Below, in pieces: positions 38,559 to 52,099 of a stretch of 64,000 nucleotides of DNA. The stretch is from Eledone cirrhosa (lineage: Eukaryota): assembly GCA_964016885.1 (NCBI GenBank), contig OZ024764.1, positions 26,474,001-26,538,000 of the forward strand. The letters run 5' to 3'. Numbering within the stretch: the stretch's first letter is position 1; every line of letters begins with the position of its first letter. A program made the position numbers and the translations under genes. Below the pieces are notes generated by a model. The model was not told the DNA's origin and made no database searches. It saw only the letters and a list, made by a program, of their open reading frames with translations.

Positions 38559-41500
38559 ATTTATTAGCCACAGGGGCAGAGATGTCCATAACATTACATG
38601 ACAGAATTATTAGCCACAGGGGCAGAGATTTCCATAACATTACATGTCAGAATTATTAGCCACAGGGGCAGAGATGTCCATAACATTACATGTCAGAATT
38701 ATTAGCCACAGGGGCAGAGATGTCCATAACATTACATGACAGAATTATTAGCCACAGGGGCAGAGATGACCATAACATTACATGACAATTATTAGCCACA
38801 GGGGCAGATATGTCAATAACATTACATGACAGAGTTTCATCTTGCGCTCTCTCTCTCTCGTTTCATCTCGCTCTCCCTCTCTCTCGTTTCATCTCTGTCT
38901 TCCTCTCTCTCGTTTCATCTCGCTCTCTCTCTCTCTCGTTTCATCTCTGTCTTCCTCTCTCTCGTTCCATCTCTCTCTTCCTCTCTCTCTTCCTCTCTTT
39001 CGTTTCATCTCTATCTCCCTTCTTTCATCTGTCTCTCTCTCTGTCGTTTCATCTCGCGCTCTCTCTCTCTCGTTTCATCTTGCGCTCTCTCTCTCTCGTT
39101 TCGTCTTGCTCTCTCTCTCTCTCGTTTCATCTCTGTCTTCCTCTCTCTCGTTCCATCTCTCTATTCCTCTCTCTCGTTCCATCTCTCTCATCCTCTCTCT
39201 CGTTTCATCTCTATCTCCCTCCTTTCATCTGTCTCTCTCTCTGTCGTTTCATCTCGCGCTCTCTCTCTCTCGTTTCATCTTGCGCTCTCTCTCTCTCGTT
39301 TCATCTCGTTCTCTCTCTCGTTTCATCTCTGTCTTCCTCTCTCTCGTTCCATCTCTCTCTTCCTCTCTCTCGTTCCATCTCTCTCTTCCTCTCTCTCGTT
39401 TCATCTCTATCTCCCTTCTTTCATCTGTCTCGCTCTCTGTCGTTTCATCTCGCGCTCTCTCTCTCTCGTTTCATGTCGCGCTCTCTCTCTCTCGTTTCAT
39501 CTCGCTCTCTCTCTCTCGTTTCATCTCTGTCTTCCTCTCTCTCGTGCCATCTCTCTCTTCCTCTCTCTCTTCCTCTCTCTCGTTTCATCTCTATCTCCCT
39601 TGTTTCATCTCTCTCTCGCTCTCTCGTTTCATCTCTCTCTCCCTCTCGTTTCATCTCGCTCTCTCTCTCCTGTTTCATCTCGCTCTCTCTCTCTCGTTTC
39701 ATCTCTGTCTTCCTCTCTCTCGTTCCATCTCTGTCTTCCTCTCTCTCGTTCCATCTCTCGCTTCCTCTCTCTCGTTTCATCTCGCTCTCCCTCGTTTCAT
39801 CTCTCTCTCGCTCTCTCGTTTCATCTCTCTCTCCCTCTCATTTCATCTCGCTCTCTCTCTCCTGTTTCATCTGGCTCTCTCTCTCTCCTGTTTCATCTCG
39901 CTCTCTACTCTCGTTTCCTCTCTCTCTCTTGTTTCATCTCTCTCTCCCTCCCGTTTCATCTCGCTCTCTCTCTCTCATTTCATCTCGCTCTCTCTCTCTC
40001 GTTTCATCTCGCTCTCCCTCTCTCGTTTCATCCCGCTCTCACTCTCTCATTTCTTCTCGCTCTCTCTCTCTTGTTTCAACACTCTAATCCCTCACTTGTT
40101 TACTATCTCTCAGAATTATTAGCCACAGGGGCAGAGATGACCATAACATTACATGTCAGAATTATTAGCCACAAGGGCAGAGATGTCCATAACATTACAT
40201 GACAGAATTATTAGCCACAGGGGCAGAGATGACCATAACATTACATGACAATTATTAGCCACAGGGGCAGATATGTCAATAACATTACATGACAGAGTTT
40301 CATCTCGCGCTCTCTCTCTCTCGTTTCATCTTGCGCTCTCTCTCTCTCTCGTTTCATCTTGCTCTCTCTCTCGTTTCATCTCTGTCTTCCTCTCTCTCGT
40401 TCCATCTCTCTCTTCCTCTCTCTCGTTCCATCTCTCTCATCCTCTCTCTCGTTTCATCTCTATCTCCCTCCTTTCATCTGTCACTCTCTCTGTCGTTTCA
40501 TCTCGCGCTCTCTCTCTCTCGTTTCATCTCGCGCTCTCTCTGTCTCGTTTCATCTCGCTCTCTCTCTCTCTCGTTTCATCTCTGTCTTCCTCTCTCTCGT
40601 TCCATCTCTCTCTTCCTCTCTCTCGTTCCATCTCTCTCTTCCTCTCTCTCGTTTCATCTCTATCTCCCTCGTTTCATCTCTCTCTCGCTCTCTCGTTTCA
40701 TCTCTCTCTCCCGCTCGTTTCTTTTCGCTCTCTCTCCCCTGTTTCATCTCGCTCTCTACTCTCGTTTCCTCTCTCTCATTTCCTCTCTCTCTCGTTTCCT
40801 CTCTGTCTCGTTTCATCTCGCTCTCTCTCTTTCTCGTTTGATCTCGCTCTCACTCTCTCGTTTCATCTCGCTTCTCTCACTCTCTTGTTTCATCTCGCTC
40901 TCTCTCTCTCTTCCTCTCTCTCTCTTGTTTCAACACTCTAATCCCTCACTTGTTTTATCTCTCTCTAATCCCTCACTTGGTTCATCTCTCTCAGAATTAT
41001 TAGCCACAGGGGCAGAGATGTCCATAACATTACATGTCAGAATTATTAGCCACAGGGCAGAGATGTCCATAACATTACATGTCAGAATTATTAGCCACTG
41101 GGGCAGAGATGTCCATAACATTACATGTCAGAATTATTAGCCACAGGGGTAGAGATGTCCATAACATTACGTGTCAGAATTATTAGCCACAGGGGCAGAG
41201 ATGTCCATAACATTACATGACAGAATTATTAGCCACAGGGGCAGTGATGTCCATAACATTACATGACAATTAGTAGCCCCAAGGGCAGATATGTCCATAA
41301 CATTACATGACAGAGTTCCATCTCGCGCTCTCTCTCTTCCTCTCTCTCGTTTCATCTCGCTCTCTCTCTCTCTCGTTTCATCTCGCTCTCTCGTTTCATC
41401 TCGCTCTCTCGTTTCATCTCGCTCTCTCTCGTTTCATCTCTGTCTTCCTCTCTCTCGTTCCATCTCTCTCTTCCTCTCTCTCGTTTCATTTCTATCTCCC

Positions 41501-44500
41501 TCCTTTCATCTGTCTCTCTCTCTGTCGTTTCATCTCGCGCTCTCTCTCTCTCGATTCATCTCGCGCTCTCTCTCTCTCGTTTCATCTCGCTCTCTCTCTC
41601 TCTCGTTTCATCTCTGTCTTCCTCTCTCGCGTTCCATCTCTCTCTTCCTCCCTCTCTTCCTCTCTCTCGTTTCATCTCTATCTCCCTCGTTTCATCTCTC
41701 TCTCCCTCTCGTTTCATCTCGCTCTCTCTCTCCTGTTTCATCTCGCTCTCTACTCTCGTTTCCTCTCTCTCGTTTCCTCTCTGTCTCGTTCCATCCCGCT
41801 CTCTCTCTCTCTCATTACATCTCGCTCTCTCTGTCTCGTTTCATCTCGCTCTCTCTCTCTCTCGTTTCATCTCGCTCTCACTCTCTCGTTTCATCTCGCG
41901 TTTCATCTCACTCTCCCTGTCTCATTTCACCTCGCTCTCTCTCTCTCTTCCTCTCTCTCTCTTGTTTCAACACTCTAATCCCTCACTTGTTTTATCTCTC
42001 TCTAATCCCTCACTTGTTTCATCTCTCTCAGAATTATTAGCCACAGGGGCAGAGATGTCCATAACATAACATGTCAGAATTATTAGCCACAGGGCAGAGA
42101 TGTCCATAACATTACATGTCAGAGTTATTAGCCACAGGGGCAGAGATGTCCATAACATTACATGTCAGAATTATTAGCCACGGGGGCGGAGACGTCCATA
42201 ACATTACATGACAGAATTATTAGCCACAGGGGCAGAGATGACCATAACATTACATGACAATTATTAGCCACAGGGGCAGATATATCAATAACATTACATG
42301 ATAGAGTTTCATCTCGCGCTCTCTCTCTCTCGTTTCATCTTGCTATCTCTCTCTCGCGTTTCATCTCTGTCTTCCTCTCTCTCGTTCCATCTCTCTCTTC
42401 CTCTCTCTCGTTCCATCTCTCTCATCCTCTCTCTCGTTTCATCTCTATCTCCCTCCTTTCATCTGTCTCGCTCTGTCGTTTCATCTCGTGCTCTCTCTCT
42501 CTCGTTTCATCTCGCGCTCTCTCTGTCTCGTTTCATCTCGCTCTCTCTCTCTCTCGTTTCATCTCTGTCTTCCTCTCTCACGTTCCATCTCTCTCTTCCT
42601 CTCTCTCGTTCCATCTCTCTCTTCCTCTCTCTCGTTTCATCTCTATCTCCCTCGTTTCATCTCTCTCTCGCTCTCTCGTTTCATCTCTCTCTCCCTCTCG
42701 TTTCATCTCGCTCTCTACTCTCGTTTCCTCTCTCTCGTTTCCTCTCTGTCTCGTTCCATCCCGCTCTCTCTCTCTCACATTACATCTCGCTCTCTCTGTC
42801 TCGTTTCATCTCGCTCTCTCTCTCTCTCGTTTCATCTCGCTCTCACTCTCTCGTTTCATCTCGCTTCTCTCACTATTGCGTTTCATCTCGCTCTCCCTGT
42901 CTCATTTCATCTCGCTCTCTCTCTCTCTCTTCCTCTCTCTCTCTTGTTTCAACACTCTAATCCCTCACTTGTTTTATCTCTCTCTAATCCCTCCCTTGTT
43001 TCATCTCTCTCAGAATTATTAGCCACTGGGGCAGAGATGTCCATAACATTACATGTCAGAGTTATTAGCCACAGGGGCAGAGATGTCCATAACATTACAT
43101 GACAGAGTTTCATCTCGCGCTCTCTCTCTCTCGTTTCATCTCGCGCTCTCTCTCTTCCTCTCTCTCGTTTCATCTCGCTCTCTCTCTCTCTCGTTTCACC
43201 TCTGTCTTTCATCTCTCTCTTCCTCTCTCTCGTTCCATCTCTCTCTTCCTCTCTCTCGTTTCATCTCTATCTCCCTCCTTTCATCTGTCTCTCTCTCTGT
43301 CGTTTCATCTCGCGCTCTCTCTCTCTCGTTTCATCTCGCGCTCTCTCTCTCTCGTTTCATCTCGCTCTCTCTCTCTCTCTCGTTACATCTCTGTCTTCCT
43401 CTCTCTCGTTCCATCTCTCTCTTCCTCTCTCTCTTACTCTCTCTCGTTTCATCTCTATCTCCCTCGTTTCATCTCTCTCTCCCTCTCGTTTCATCTCGCT
43501 CTCTCTCTCCTGTTTCATCTCGCTCTCTACTCTCGTTTCCTCTCTCTCGTTTCCTCTCTGTCTCGTTCCATCCCGCTCTCTCTCTCTCTCATTACATCTC
43601 GCTCTCTCTGTCTCGTTTCATCTCGCTCTCTCTCTCTCTCGTTTCATCTCGCTCTCACTCTCTCGTTTCATCTCGCGTTTCATCTCACTCTCCCTGTCTC
43701 ATTTCATCTCGCTCTCTCTCTCTCTTCCTCTCTCTCTCTTGTTTCAACACTCACTTGTTTTATCTCTCTCTAATCCCTCACTTGTTTCATCTCTCTCAGA
43801 ATTATTAGCCACAGGGGCAGAGATGTCCATAACATTACATGTCAGAATTATTAGCCACAGGGCAGAGATGTCCATAACATTACATGTCAGAATTATTAGC
43901 CACAGGGGCAGAGATGTCCATAACATTACATGTCAGAATTATTAGCCACAGGGGCGGAGACGTCCATAACATTACATGACAGAATTATTAGCCACAGGGG
44001 CAGAGATGACCATAACATTACATGACAATTATTAGCCACAGGGGCAGATATATCAATAACATTACATGATAGAGTTTCATCTCGCGCTCTCTCTCTCTCG
44101 TTTCATCTTGCGCTCTCTCTCTCTCGTTTCATCTTGCTCTCTCTCTCTCTCGTTTCATCTCTGTATTCCTCTCTCTCGTTCCATCTCTCTATTCCTCTCT
44201 CTCGTTCCATCTCTCTCATCCTCTCTCTCGTTTTATCTGTATCTCCCTCCTTCAATCTGTCTCTCTCTCTGTCGTTTCATCTCGTGCTCTCTCTGTCTCG
44301 TTTCATCTCGCGCTCTCTCTGTCTCGTTTCATCTCGCTCTCTCTCTCTCTCTCGTTTCATCTCTGTCTTCCTCTCTCTCGTTCCATCTCTCTCTTCCTCT
44401 TTCTCGTTCCATCTCTCTCTTCCTCTCTCTCGTTTCATCTCTATCTCCCTCGTTTCATCTCTCTCTCGCTCTCTCGTTTCATCTCTCTCTCCCTCTCGTT

Positions 44501-47500
44501 TCATCTCGCTCTCTACTCTCGTTTCCTCTCTCTCGTTTCCTCTCTGTCTCGTTCCATCCCGCTCTCTCTCTCTCTCATTACATCTCGCTCTCTCTGTCTC
44601 GTTTCATCTCGCTCTCTCTCGCTCTCGTTTCATCTCGCTCTCACTCTCTCGTTTCATCTCGCTTCTCTCACTATTGCATTTCATCTCGCTCTCCCTGTCT
44701 CATTTCATCTCGCTCTCTCTCTCTCTTCCTCTCTCTTGTTTCAACACCCTAATCCCTCACTTGTTTTATCTCTCTCTAATCCCTCACTTGTTTCATCTCT
44801 CTCAGAATTATTAGCCACAGGGGCAGAGATGTCCATAACATTACATGTCAGAGTTATTAGCCACAGGGGCAGAGATGTCCATAACGTTACATGACAATTA
44901 TTAGCCCCAAGGGCAGATATGTCCATAACATTACATGACAGAGTTTCATCTCGCGCTCTCTCTCTCTCGTTTCATCTCGCGCTCTCTCTCTTCCTCTCTC
45001 TCGTTTCATCTCGCTCTCTCTCTCTCTCGTTTCACCTCTGTCTTCCATCTCTCTCTTCCTCTCTCTCGTTCCATCTCACTCTTCCTCTCTCTCATTTCAT
45101 CTCTCTCTCTCGTTTCATCTCTATCTCTCTCTCTCGTTTCATCTGTCTCTCTCTCTGTCGTTTCATCTCCCTCTATCTCTCTCTCCCTCTCGTTTCATCT
45201 CGCTCTCTCTCTCCTGTTTCATCTCGCTCTCTCTCTCTCCTGTTTCATCTCGCTCTCTACTCTCGTTTCCTCTCTCTCTCCCTCCTGTTTCATCTCGCTC
45301 TCTCTCTCTCGTTTCATCTCGCTCTCACTCTCTCGTTTCATCTCGCTCTCTCTCTGTCTCGTTTCATCTCGCTCTCTCTCTCTCATTTCATCTCGCTCTC
45401 TCTCTCTCGTTTCATCTCGCTCTCACTCTCTCGTTTCATCTCGCTCTCACTCTCTCGTTTCATCTCGCTCTCCCTGTCTCGTTTCATCTCGCTCACACTC
45501 TCTCATTTCATCTCGCTCTCTCTCTCTTCTTTCAACACTCTAATCCCTCACTTGTTTCATCTCTCTCAGAATTATTAGCCACAGGGGCAGAGATGACCAT
45601 AACATTACATGTCAGAATTATTAGCCACAGGGGCAGAGATGTCCATAACATTACATGTCAGAATCATTAGCCACAGGGGCAGAGATGTCCATAACATTAC
45701 ATGACAGAATTATTAGCCACAGGGGCAGAGATGACCATAACATTACATGACAATTATTAGCCACAGGGGCAGATATGTCAATAACATTACATGACAGAGT
45801 TTCATCTCGCGCTCTCTCTCTCTCTCGTTTCATCTTGCGCTCTCTCTCTCTCGTTTCCTCTCGCTCTCTCTCTCTCTCGTTTCATCTCTGTCTTCCTCTC
45901 TCTCGTTCCATCTCTCTCTTCCTCTCTCTCGTTCCATCTCTCTCTTCCTCTCTCTCGTTTCATCTGTCTCTCTCTCTGTCGTTTCATCTCGCGCTCTCTC
46001 TCTCTCGTTTCATCTCGCGCTCTCTCTCTCTCATTTCATCTCGCTCTCTCTCTCTCTCGTTTCACCTCTGTCTTCCTCTCTCTCTTCCTCTCTCTCGTTC
46101 CATCTCTCTCTTCCTCTCTCTCGTTTCATCTCTATCTCCCTCGTTTCATCTCTCTCTCGCTCTCTCGTTTCATCTCTCTCTCCCTCTCGTTTCATCTCGC
46201 TCTCTCTTTCTGTTTCATCTCGCTCTCTACTCTCGTCTCCTCTCTGTCGTTTCCTCTCTGTCTCGTTTCATCTCGCTCTCCCTGTCTCATTTCATCTCGC
46301 TCTCTCTCTCTCTCTTCCTCTCTGTCTCTTGTTTCAACACTCTAATCCCTCACTTGTTTTATCTCTCTCTAATCCCTCACTTGTTTCATCTCTCTTAGAA
46401 TTATTAGCCACAGGGGCAGAGATGTCCATAACATTACATGTCAGAATTATTAGCCACAGGGCAGAGATGTCCATAACATTACATGTCAGAATTATTAGCC
46501 ACAGGGGCAGAGATGTCCATAACATTACATGACAGAGTTTCATCTCGCTCTCTCTCTCTCTCGTTTCATCAGTGTCTTCCTCTCTCTCGTTCCATCTCTC
46601 TCTTGCTCTCTCTCGTTCCATCTCTATCTTCATCTCTCTCGTTTCATCTCTATCTCCCTCCTTTCATCTGTCTCTCTCTCTGTCGTTTCATCTCGCGCTC
46701 TCTCTCTCTCGTTTCATCTCTATCTCCCTCGTTTCATCTGTCTCTCGCTCTCTCGTTTCATCTCTCTCTCCCTCTCGTTTCATCTCGCTCTCTACTCTCG
46801 TTTCCTCTCTCTCGCGTTCCATCCCGCTCTCTCTCTCTCTCATTACATCTCGCTCTCTCTGTCTCGTTTCATCTCGCTCTCTCTCTCTCTCGTTTCATCT
46901 CGCTCTCACTCTCTCGTTTCATCTCGCTTCTCTCACTCTCGTGTTTCATCTCGCTCTCCCTGTCTCATTTCATCTCGCTCTCTCTCTCTCTTCCTCTCTC
47001 TCTCTTGTTTCAACACTCTAATCCCTCACTTGTTTTATCTCTCTCTAATCCCTCACTTGTTTCATCTCTCTCAGAATTATTAGCCACAGGGGCAGAGATG
47101 TCCATAACATTACATGTCAGAATTATTAGCCACAGGGCAGAGATGTCCATAACATTACATGTCAGAATTATTAGCCACAGGGGCAGAGATGTCCATAACA
47201 TTACATGACAGAATTATTAGCCACAGGGGCAGAGATGTCCATAACATTACATGTCAGAATTATTAGACACAGGGCAGAGATGTCCATAACATTACATGTC
47301 AGAATTATTAGCCACAGGGGCAGAGATGTCCATAACATTACATGACAGAATTATTAGCCACAGGGGCAGAGATGTCCATAACATTACATGACAATTATTA
47401 GCCCCAAGGGCAGATATGTCCATAACATTACATGACAGAGTTTCATCTGGCGCTCTCTCTCTTCCTCTCTCTCGTTTCATCTCTGTCTTCCTCTCTCTCG

Positions 47501-48354
47501 TTCCATCTCTCTCTTCCTCTCGCTCGTTCCATCTCTCTCTTCCTCTCTCTCGTTTCATCTCTATCTCCCTCCTTTCATCTGTCTCTCTCTCTGTCGTTTC
47601 ATCTCGCGCTCTCTCTCTCTCGTTTCATCTCGCGCTCTCTCTCTCTCGTTTCATCTCTCTCTCTCTCTCGTTTCATCTCTGTCTTCCTCTCTCTCGTTCC
47701 ATCTCTCTCTTCCTCTCTCTCGTTTCATCTCTATCTCCCTCGTTTCATCTCTCTCTCCCTCTCGTTTCATCTCGCTCTCTCTCTCCTGTTTCATCTCGCT
47801 CTCTACTCTCGTTTCCTCACTCTCGTTTCCTCTCTCTCTCGTTTCCTCTCTGTCTCGTTCCATCCCGCTCTCTCTCTCTCTCATTACATCTCGCTCTCTC
47901 TGTCTCGTTTCATCTCGCTCTCTCTCTCTCTCGTTTCATCTCGCTCTCACTCTCTCGTTTCATCTCGCTTCTCTCACTCTCGCGTTTCATCTCGCTCTCC
48001 CTGTCTCATTTCATCTCGCTCTCTCTCTCTCTTCCTCTCTCTCTCTTGTTTCAACACTCTAATCCCTCACTTGTTTTATCTCTCTCTAATCCCCCACGTG
48101 TTTCATCTCTCTCAGAATTATTAGCCACAGGGGCAGAGATGTCCATAACATTACATGTCAGAATTATTAGCCACAGGGCAGAGATGTCCATAACATTACA
48201 TGTCAGAATTATTAACCACAGGGGCAGAGATGTCCATAACATAACATGACAGAATTATTAGCCACAGGGGCAGAGATGTCCATAACATTACATGACAGAA
48301 TTATTAGCCACAGGGGCAGATATGTCCATAACATTACATGACAGAGTTTCATCT
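38559..48354 (-). repeat. Right arm: the same module in reverse complement (10 TC blocks)
   Basis: ttattagccacaggggcagagatgtccataacattacatg arrays alternating with gtttcatctc(TC)n blocks. Confidence 0.95.
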
Positions 48355-48393
48355 GGTTGGAGTAATAACAGTCTTGTTTATGTATATACACAC

Positions 48394-48425
<32 letters not shown>

Positions 48426-48529
48426 GTTTGTTCTTGTATTTCTATAGAAAAGGTAAAGAAAAGAAGAATGCTCTATGTATTGTACAGAGCTATTTAATTA
48501 CATAATAAACAACAGAATATAATTATTCC

Positions 48530-50884
48530 ATGCAAATAGACTTAGAATGGAAAACATTCAGACAGAGAAGAATGGATAATGAGCGTCGTAAGAGAAATTG
48601 GCCAACAATTAATATTAATGGAAATCTAGAAGAATTTCATATTAGTGATATGAATGTTTCGTGTGATCACTGTGAAGCTTTGAAATTTAGAAATGAAAAT
48701 TGTAACTGTTGTAATAAAGGAAAGGTTGTGTTGCCTCCATTGCAAATATACCCCGAGAGACTGAGAAATCTCTTTGAAAGAGGCCAGGAAGCAGTTGATT
48801 TCACAGAAACGTCTGCAATTAAAACTACATTTATTTCACTTCATTTGGTGTTACCACCCGGCAGAGGCCCGTATAGCTTTCATATTCAGGGTCAAACATA
48901 TCACTACACCCCCATCTCTGTAACCTGCAGAAAATACACCACAATATGGCCAGTTATATATTATTGATGGGAACGAAGGTGTGTAGCACAGATTGGAAGT
49001 ACGACCAAATAATTGTTTCTGGCACAAGGCCAGCAATTACTGGTACTTTATTCTATCGACCTCATAAGGATGAAAACAAAGTCAACCTTGGAGGGATTTG
49101 AACCCAGAACGTAAAGGGCCATAACCCTATGCTGCAAAGCATGGTGTCTGACGCTCTACCGATACTGCCAATCCACCGCCCTAGTACCAACAAATAATGA
49201 GTGCTCACCACAAAAAATGGCTATGATAAGAGAGGTGTTGCGTGATGTAATCCATATGTCGAAGTGTACAATACAATGCATGGCATCAAACAGCAAAGTG
49301 CAAGAAGAGAAAATTGTTGTGTACAGAACTGTAAATTAAGATTTAGAAGAGGATCAGATATGAGCTGCTATAATTTACCAACTAGTAATGATAGCTGTTG
49401 TTTTGTGGGGGATTGAGGGCAGACCACCTGTACAAAGAGATATTATCATCTTTCCTAAAGACCATCCTCCTCAGAATATATCACATAATTCATGCCACTT
49501 GGACCTCATGACCAACCCATAATGGTGAATTTTGGTGGCATAGTGACATGGAGAGGAATGCAGGACCTGTGTTTGCAATAGACTGACAATGCAGGAGTAT
49601 TACATATACAGTATAGCATATAGAGGAGGATTTAGTGCGATATATAGGGCAGGTAAATTATTTTAGCAGTATTTAGTGGAAGCCTATATGAAAGTAGGGG
49701 GATGCAGGCTTCAATATTTGAGGAACAATCAAGCCCAATTGTGAGTGGATGAGTATAATGGTTTAATGAATTATCTAAACAGATGATAACACTGAGCCTT
49801 AAGAAATGAAGACAAGATAAGAAACAGAGAAGACATTGACAGAATCGTGTCAGCAGAAATACCTGCATTGGAAGATGATCAAGTACTACATGAGCAGGTT
49901 TAAAAGTTTATGATACACGGGCCATGTGGTTCTGGAAACCCTTTTCCCCCATTTATACAAAATGGATTTTTCCAAAAGAACTATCCAAAAACCTACAGAA
50001 GGGAAACATTATTGAACCTAAATGGATACCCAGAGTACAGGAGGTGCAAGACAGGAACTACAGTGTAAATTGGATGACATTCAGTAGATAACAGGAATGT
50101 TGTGCCATTTAATGCCTTTTTGCTTAAGAAATATTGTGCATATATTAATGTTGAAGTTTGCGCTTCTGTAAAAAGTGTCAAGTACCTCTTTAAATATGTT
50201 ACATGGGGCATGATTGTACATCTATAGAAGTAACGAATAATGCATTACCTAATGAGGCTCAGAACCAACACAACCATGATGAAATAAGAACCTATCTTTG
50301 TTGCAGGTATGTGTCTCAGCCAGAAGCAGTGTCGTGTCTGTCCGAATTTAAGCTTCATGGTACATCACATACATTATACAGCCTAGCCACACACCTGGAG
50401 AACAAACAGAGTTTACTTTCAAAGAGGCAATGCTCAGGTTGTGGTAGAAATGCAGGGACCCTTGCTGCCTGGTTCAAGCTAAATGAACTTGCTTACACCT
50501 TCTGGGATGCCGCCTCACAAACTCCAATTAAAAGCAGGATCAATAATAATGCTTCTATGGAATATTTCAATCCAGAACAGATTATGTAATGGCACAAGAT
50601 TAGAAGTAGTAGAACTGCATAAACATTTTATCAAAGCTTCTCATATCTATGGTCCTTTGATGGGCAGGTGTGTTTTGATCCCAAGACTGAAGTTAGCCCC
50701 CAGTGGTGCCAACATCCTTTTTACTTCGGAAAGACCCCAGTTTCCATTAAGACTGTCATATGCCATGACAATCAACAAGAACCATGGTCAAATACATGAT
50801 AAAGTGGGTCTGTTCCTCCCTGAGCAAGTATTTAACCCTGGACAATTGTATGTTGCTTTTTCAAGAGTTCACAGACAGATGTAA
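48530..50884 (+). mobile_element. Degenerate Helitron RepHel (copy B) lacking the satellite insert
   Basis: Same motifs as copy A; longest helicase frame 50483-50884 (TPSGMPPHKLQLKAG...LCNGTRL...QLYVAFSRV). Confidence 0.9.
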
Positions 50885-51456
50885 AAATTAATCCTAGCAA
50901 ACCCCCACCACTCCTACAACTGTTAGCTGTTAGCCCACCGCCAGCATCACCCAACCTCCGTTCTAGTCCCACCGTTAGAACCAATGCTGCTTACCCTGCC
51001 TCTTTTACTAGTTCACTCCGTCGCTCGAATTTCAAAGCTGGCCCTCTACACTTGGTCGTTGCCAGCTCACCACCTGGTTGTGCTCTCTGTGTCCGCACTA
51101 GCCGGTACCTAAACACAATAAAATGTCACCTGTGCTACCAAAACTACCACAGGAACTCTGTCGGCATCAGCAAGGCTCAAGCCGAAAGGCTTCAATACTA
51201 GACCTGTAATCAGGGCCACTTTACCTCCGACGACCAGCTTTCTACCGAGTGTGTGTTGATGGAGGGGACATGAGACCAGCAAAGTCCTAGGAGTAGAGAC
51301 TAGTAAATAATAAACGGTCCTAGCTATGTTAAGAATATATATAATAAAAATGTTCTATACATTTAAGAAGACAAGAGAAATAAATATTTACCTCTTTCAT
51401 GTAGGTAATATAGCGGTGTTATAAAAGTATAATAACTGATGCGGGTAGTTTGTTTC

Positions 51457-52099
51457 AAACTATAACACATATAACTCTATCAGTGAAGCCCTTTAGTATA
51501 GGTCAACTGGGAAACTATAACACATATAACCCTATCAGTGAAGTCCTTTAGTATAGGTCAACTGGGAAACTATAACACATATAACCCTATCAGTGAAGTC
51601 CTTTAGTATAGGTCAACTGGGAAACTATAACACATATAACCCTATCAGTGAAGTCCTTTAGTATAGGTCAACTGGGAAACTATAACACATATAACCCTAT
51701 CAGTGAAGTCCTTTAGTATAGGTCAACTGGGAAACTATAACACATATAACCCTATCAGTGAAGCCCTCTGGGAAACTATAACACATATAACTCTATCAGT
51801 GAAGCCCTTTAGTATAGGTCAACTGGGAAACTATAACACATATAACCCTATCAGTGAAGTCCTTTAGTATAGGTCAACTGGGAAACTATAACACATATAA
51901 CCCTATCAGTGAAGTCCTTTAGTATAGGTCAACTGGGAAATTATAACACATATAACCCTATCAGTGAAGTCCTTTAGTATAGGTCAACTGGGAAACTATA
52001 ACACATATAACCCTATCAGTGAAGTCCTTTAGTATAGGTCAACTGGGAAACTATAACACATATAACCCTATCAGTGAAGTCCTTTAGTATAGGTCAACT
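51457..52099 (+). repeat. 55-bp tandem repeat, ~12 units
   Basis: Same unit as 11682-11939, including one 41-bp variant. Confidence 0.95.

Noticed and set aside
38521-38600. Long-read fold-back artefact as the cause of the giant inversion
   Set aside because: The arms differ in block sizes and diagnostic variants, whereas an artefact would give a mirror copy; a mis-join still needs a read check
25157-48403. Dozens of long ORFs (up to 590 aa) rich in S/L/F/H or R/E
   Set aside because: Stop-poor translations of GA/TC minisatellite in all frames; no domain content
50483-50884. Host PIF1 helicase gene
   Set aside because: Collinear with Helitron Rep fragments, no introns, helicase core deleted, disabled in sister copies
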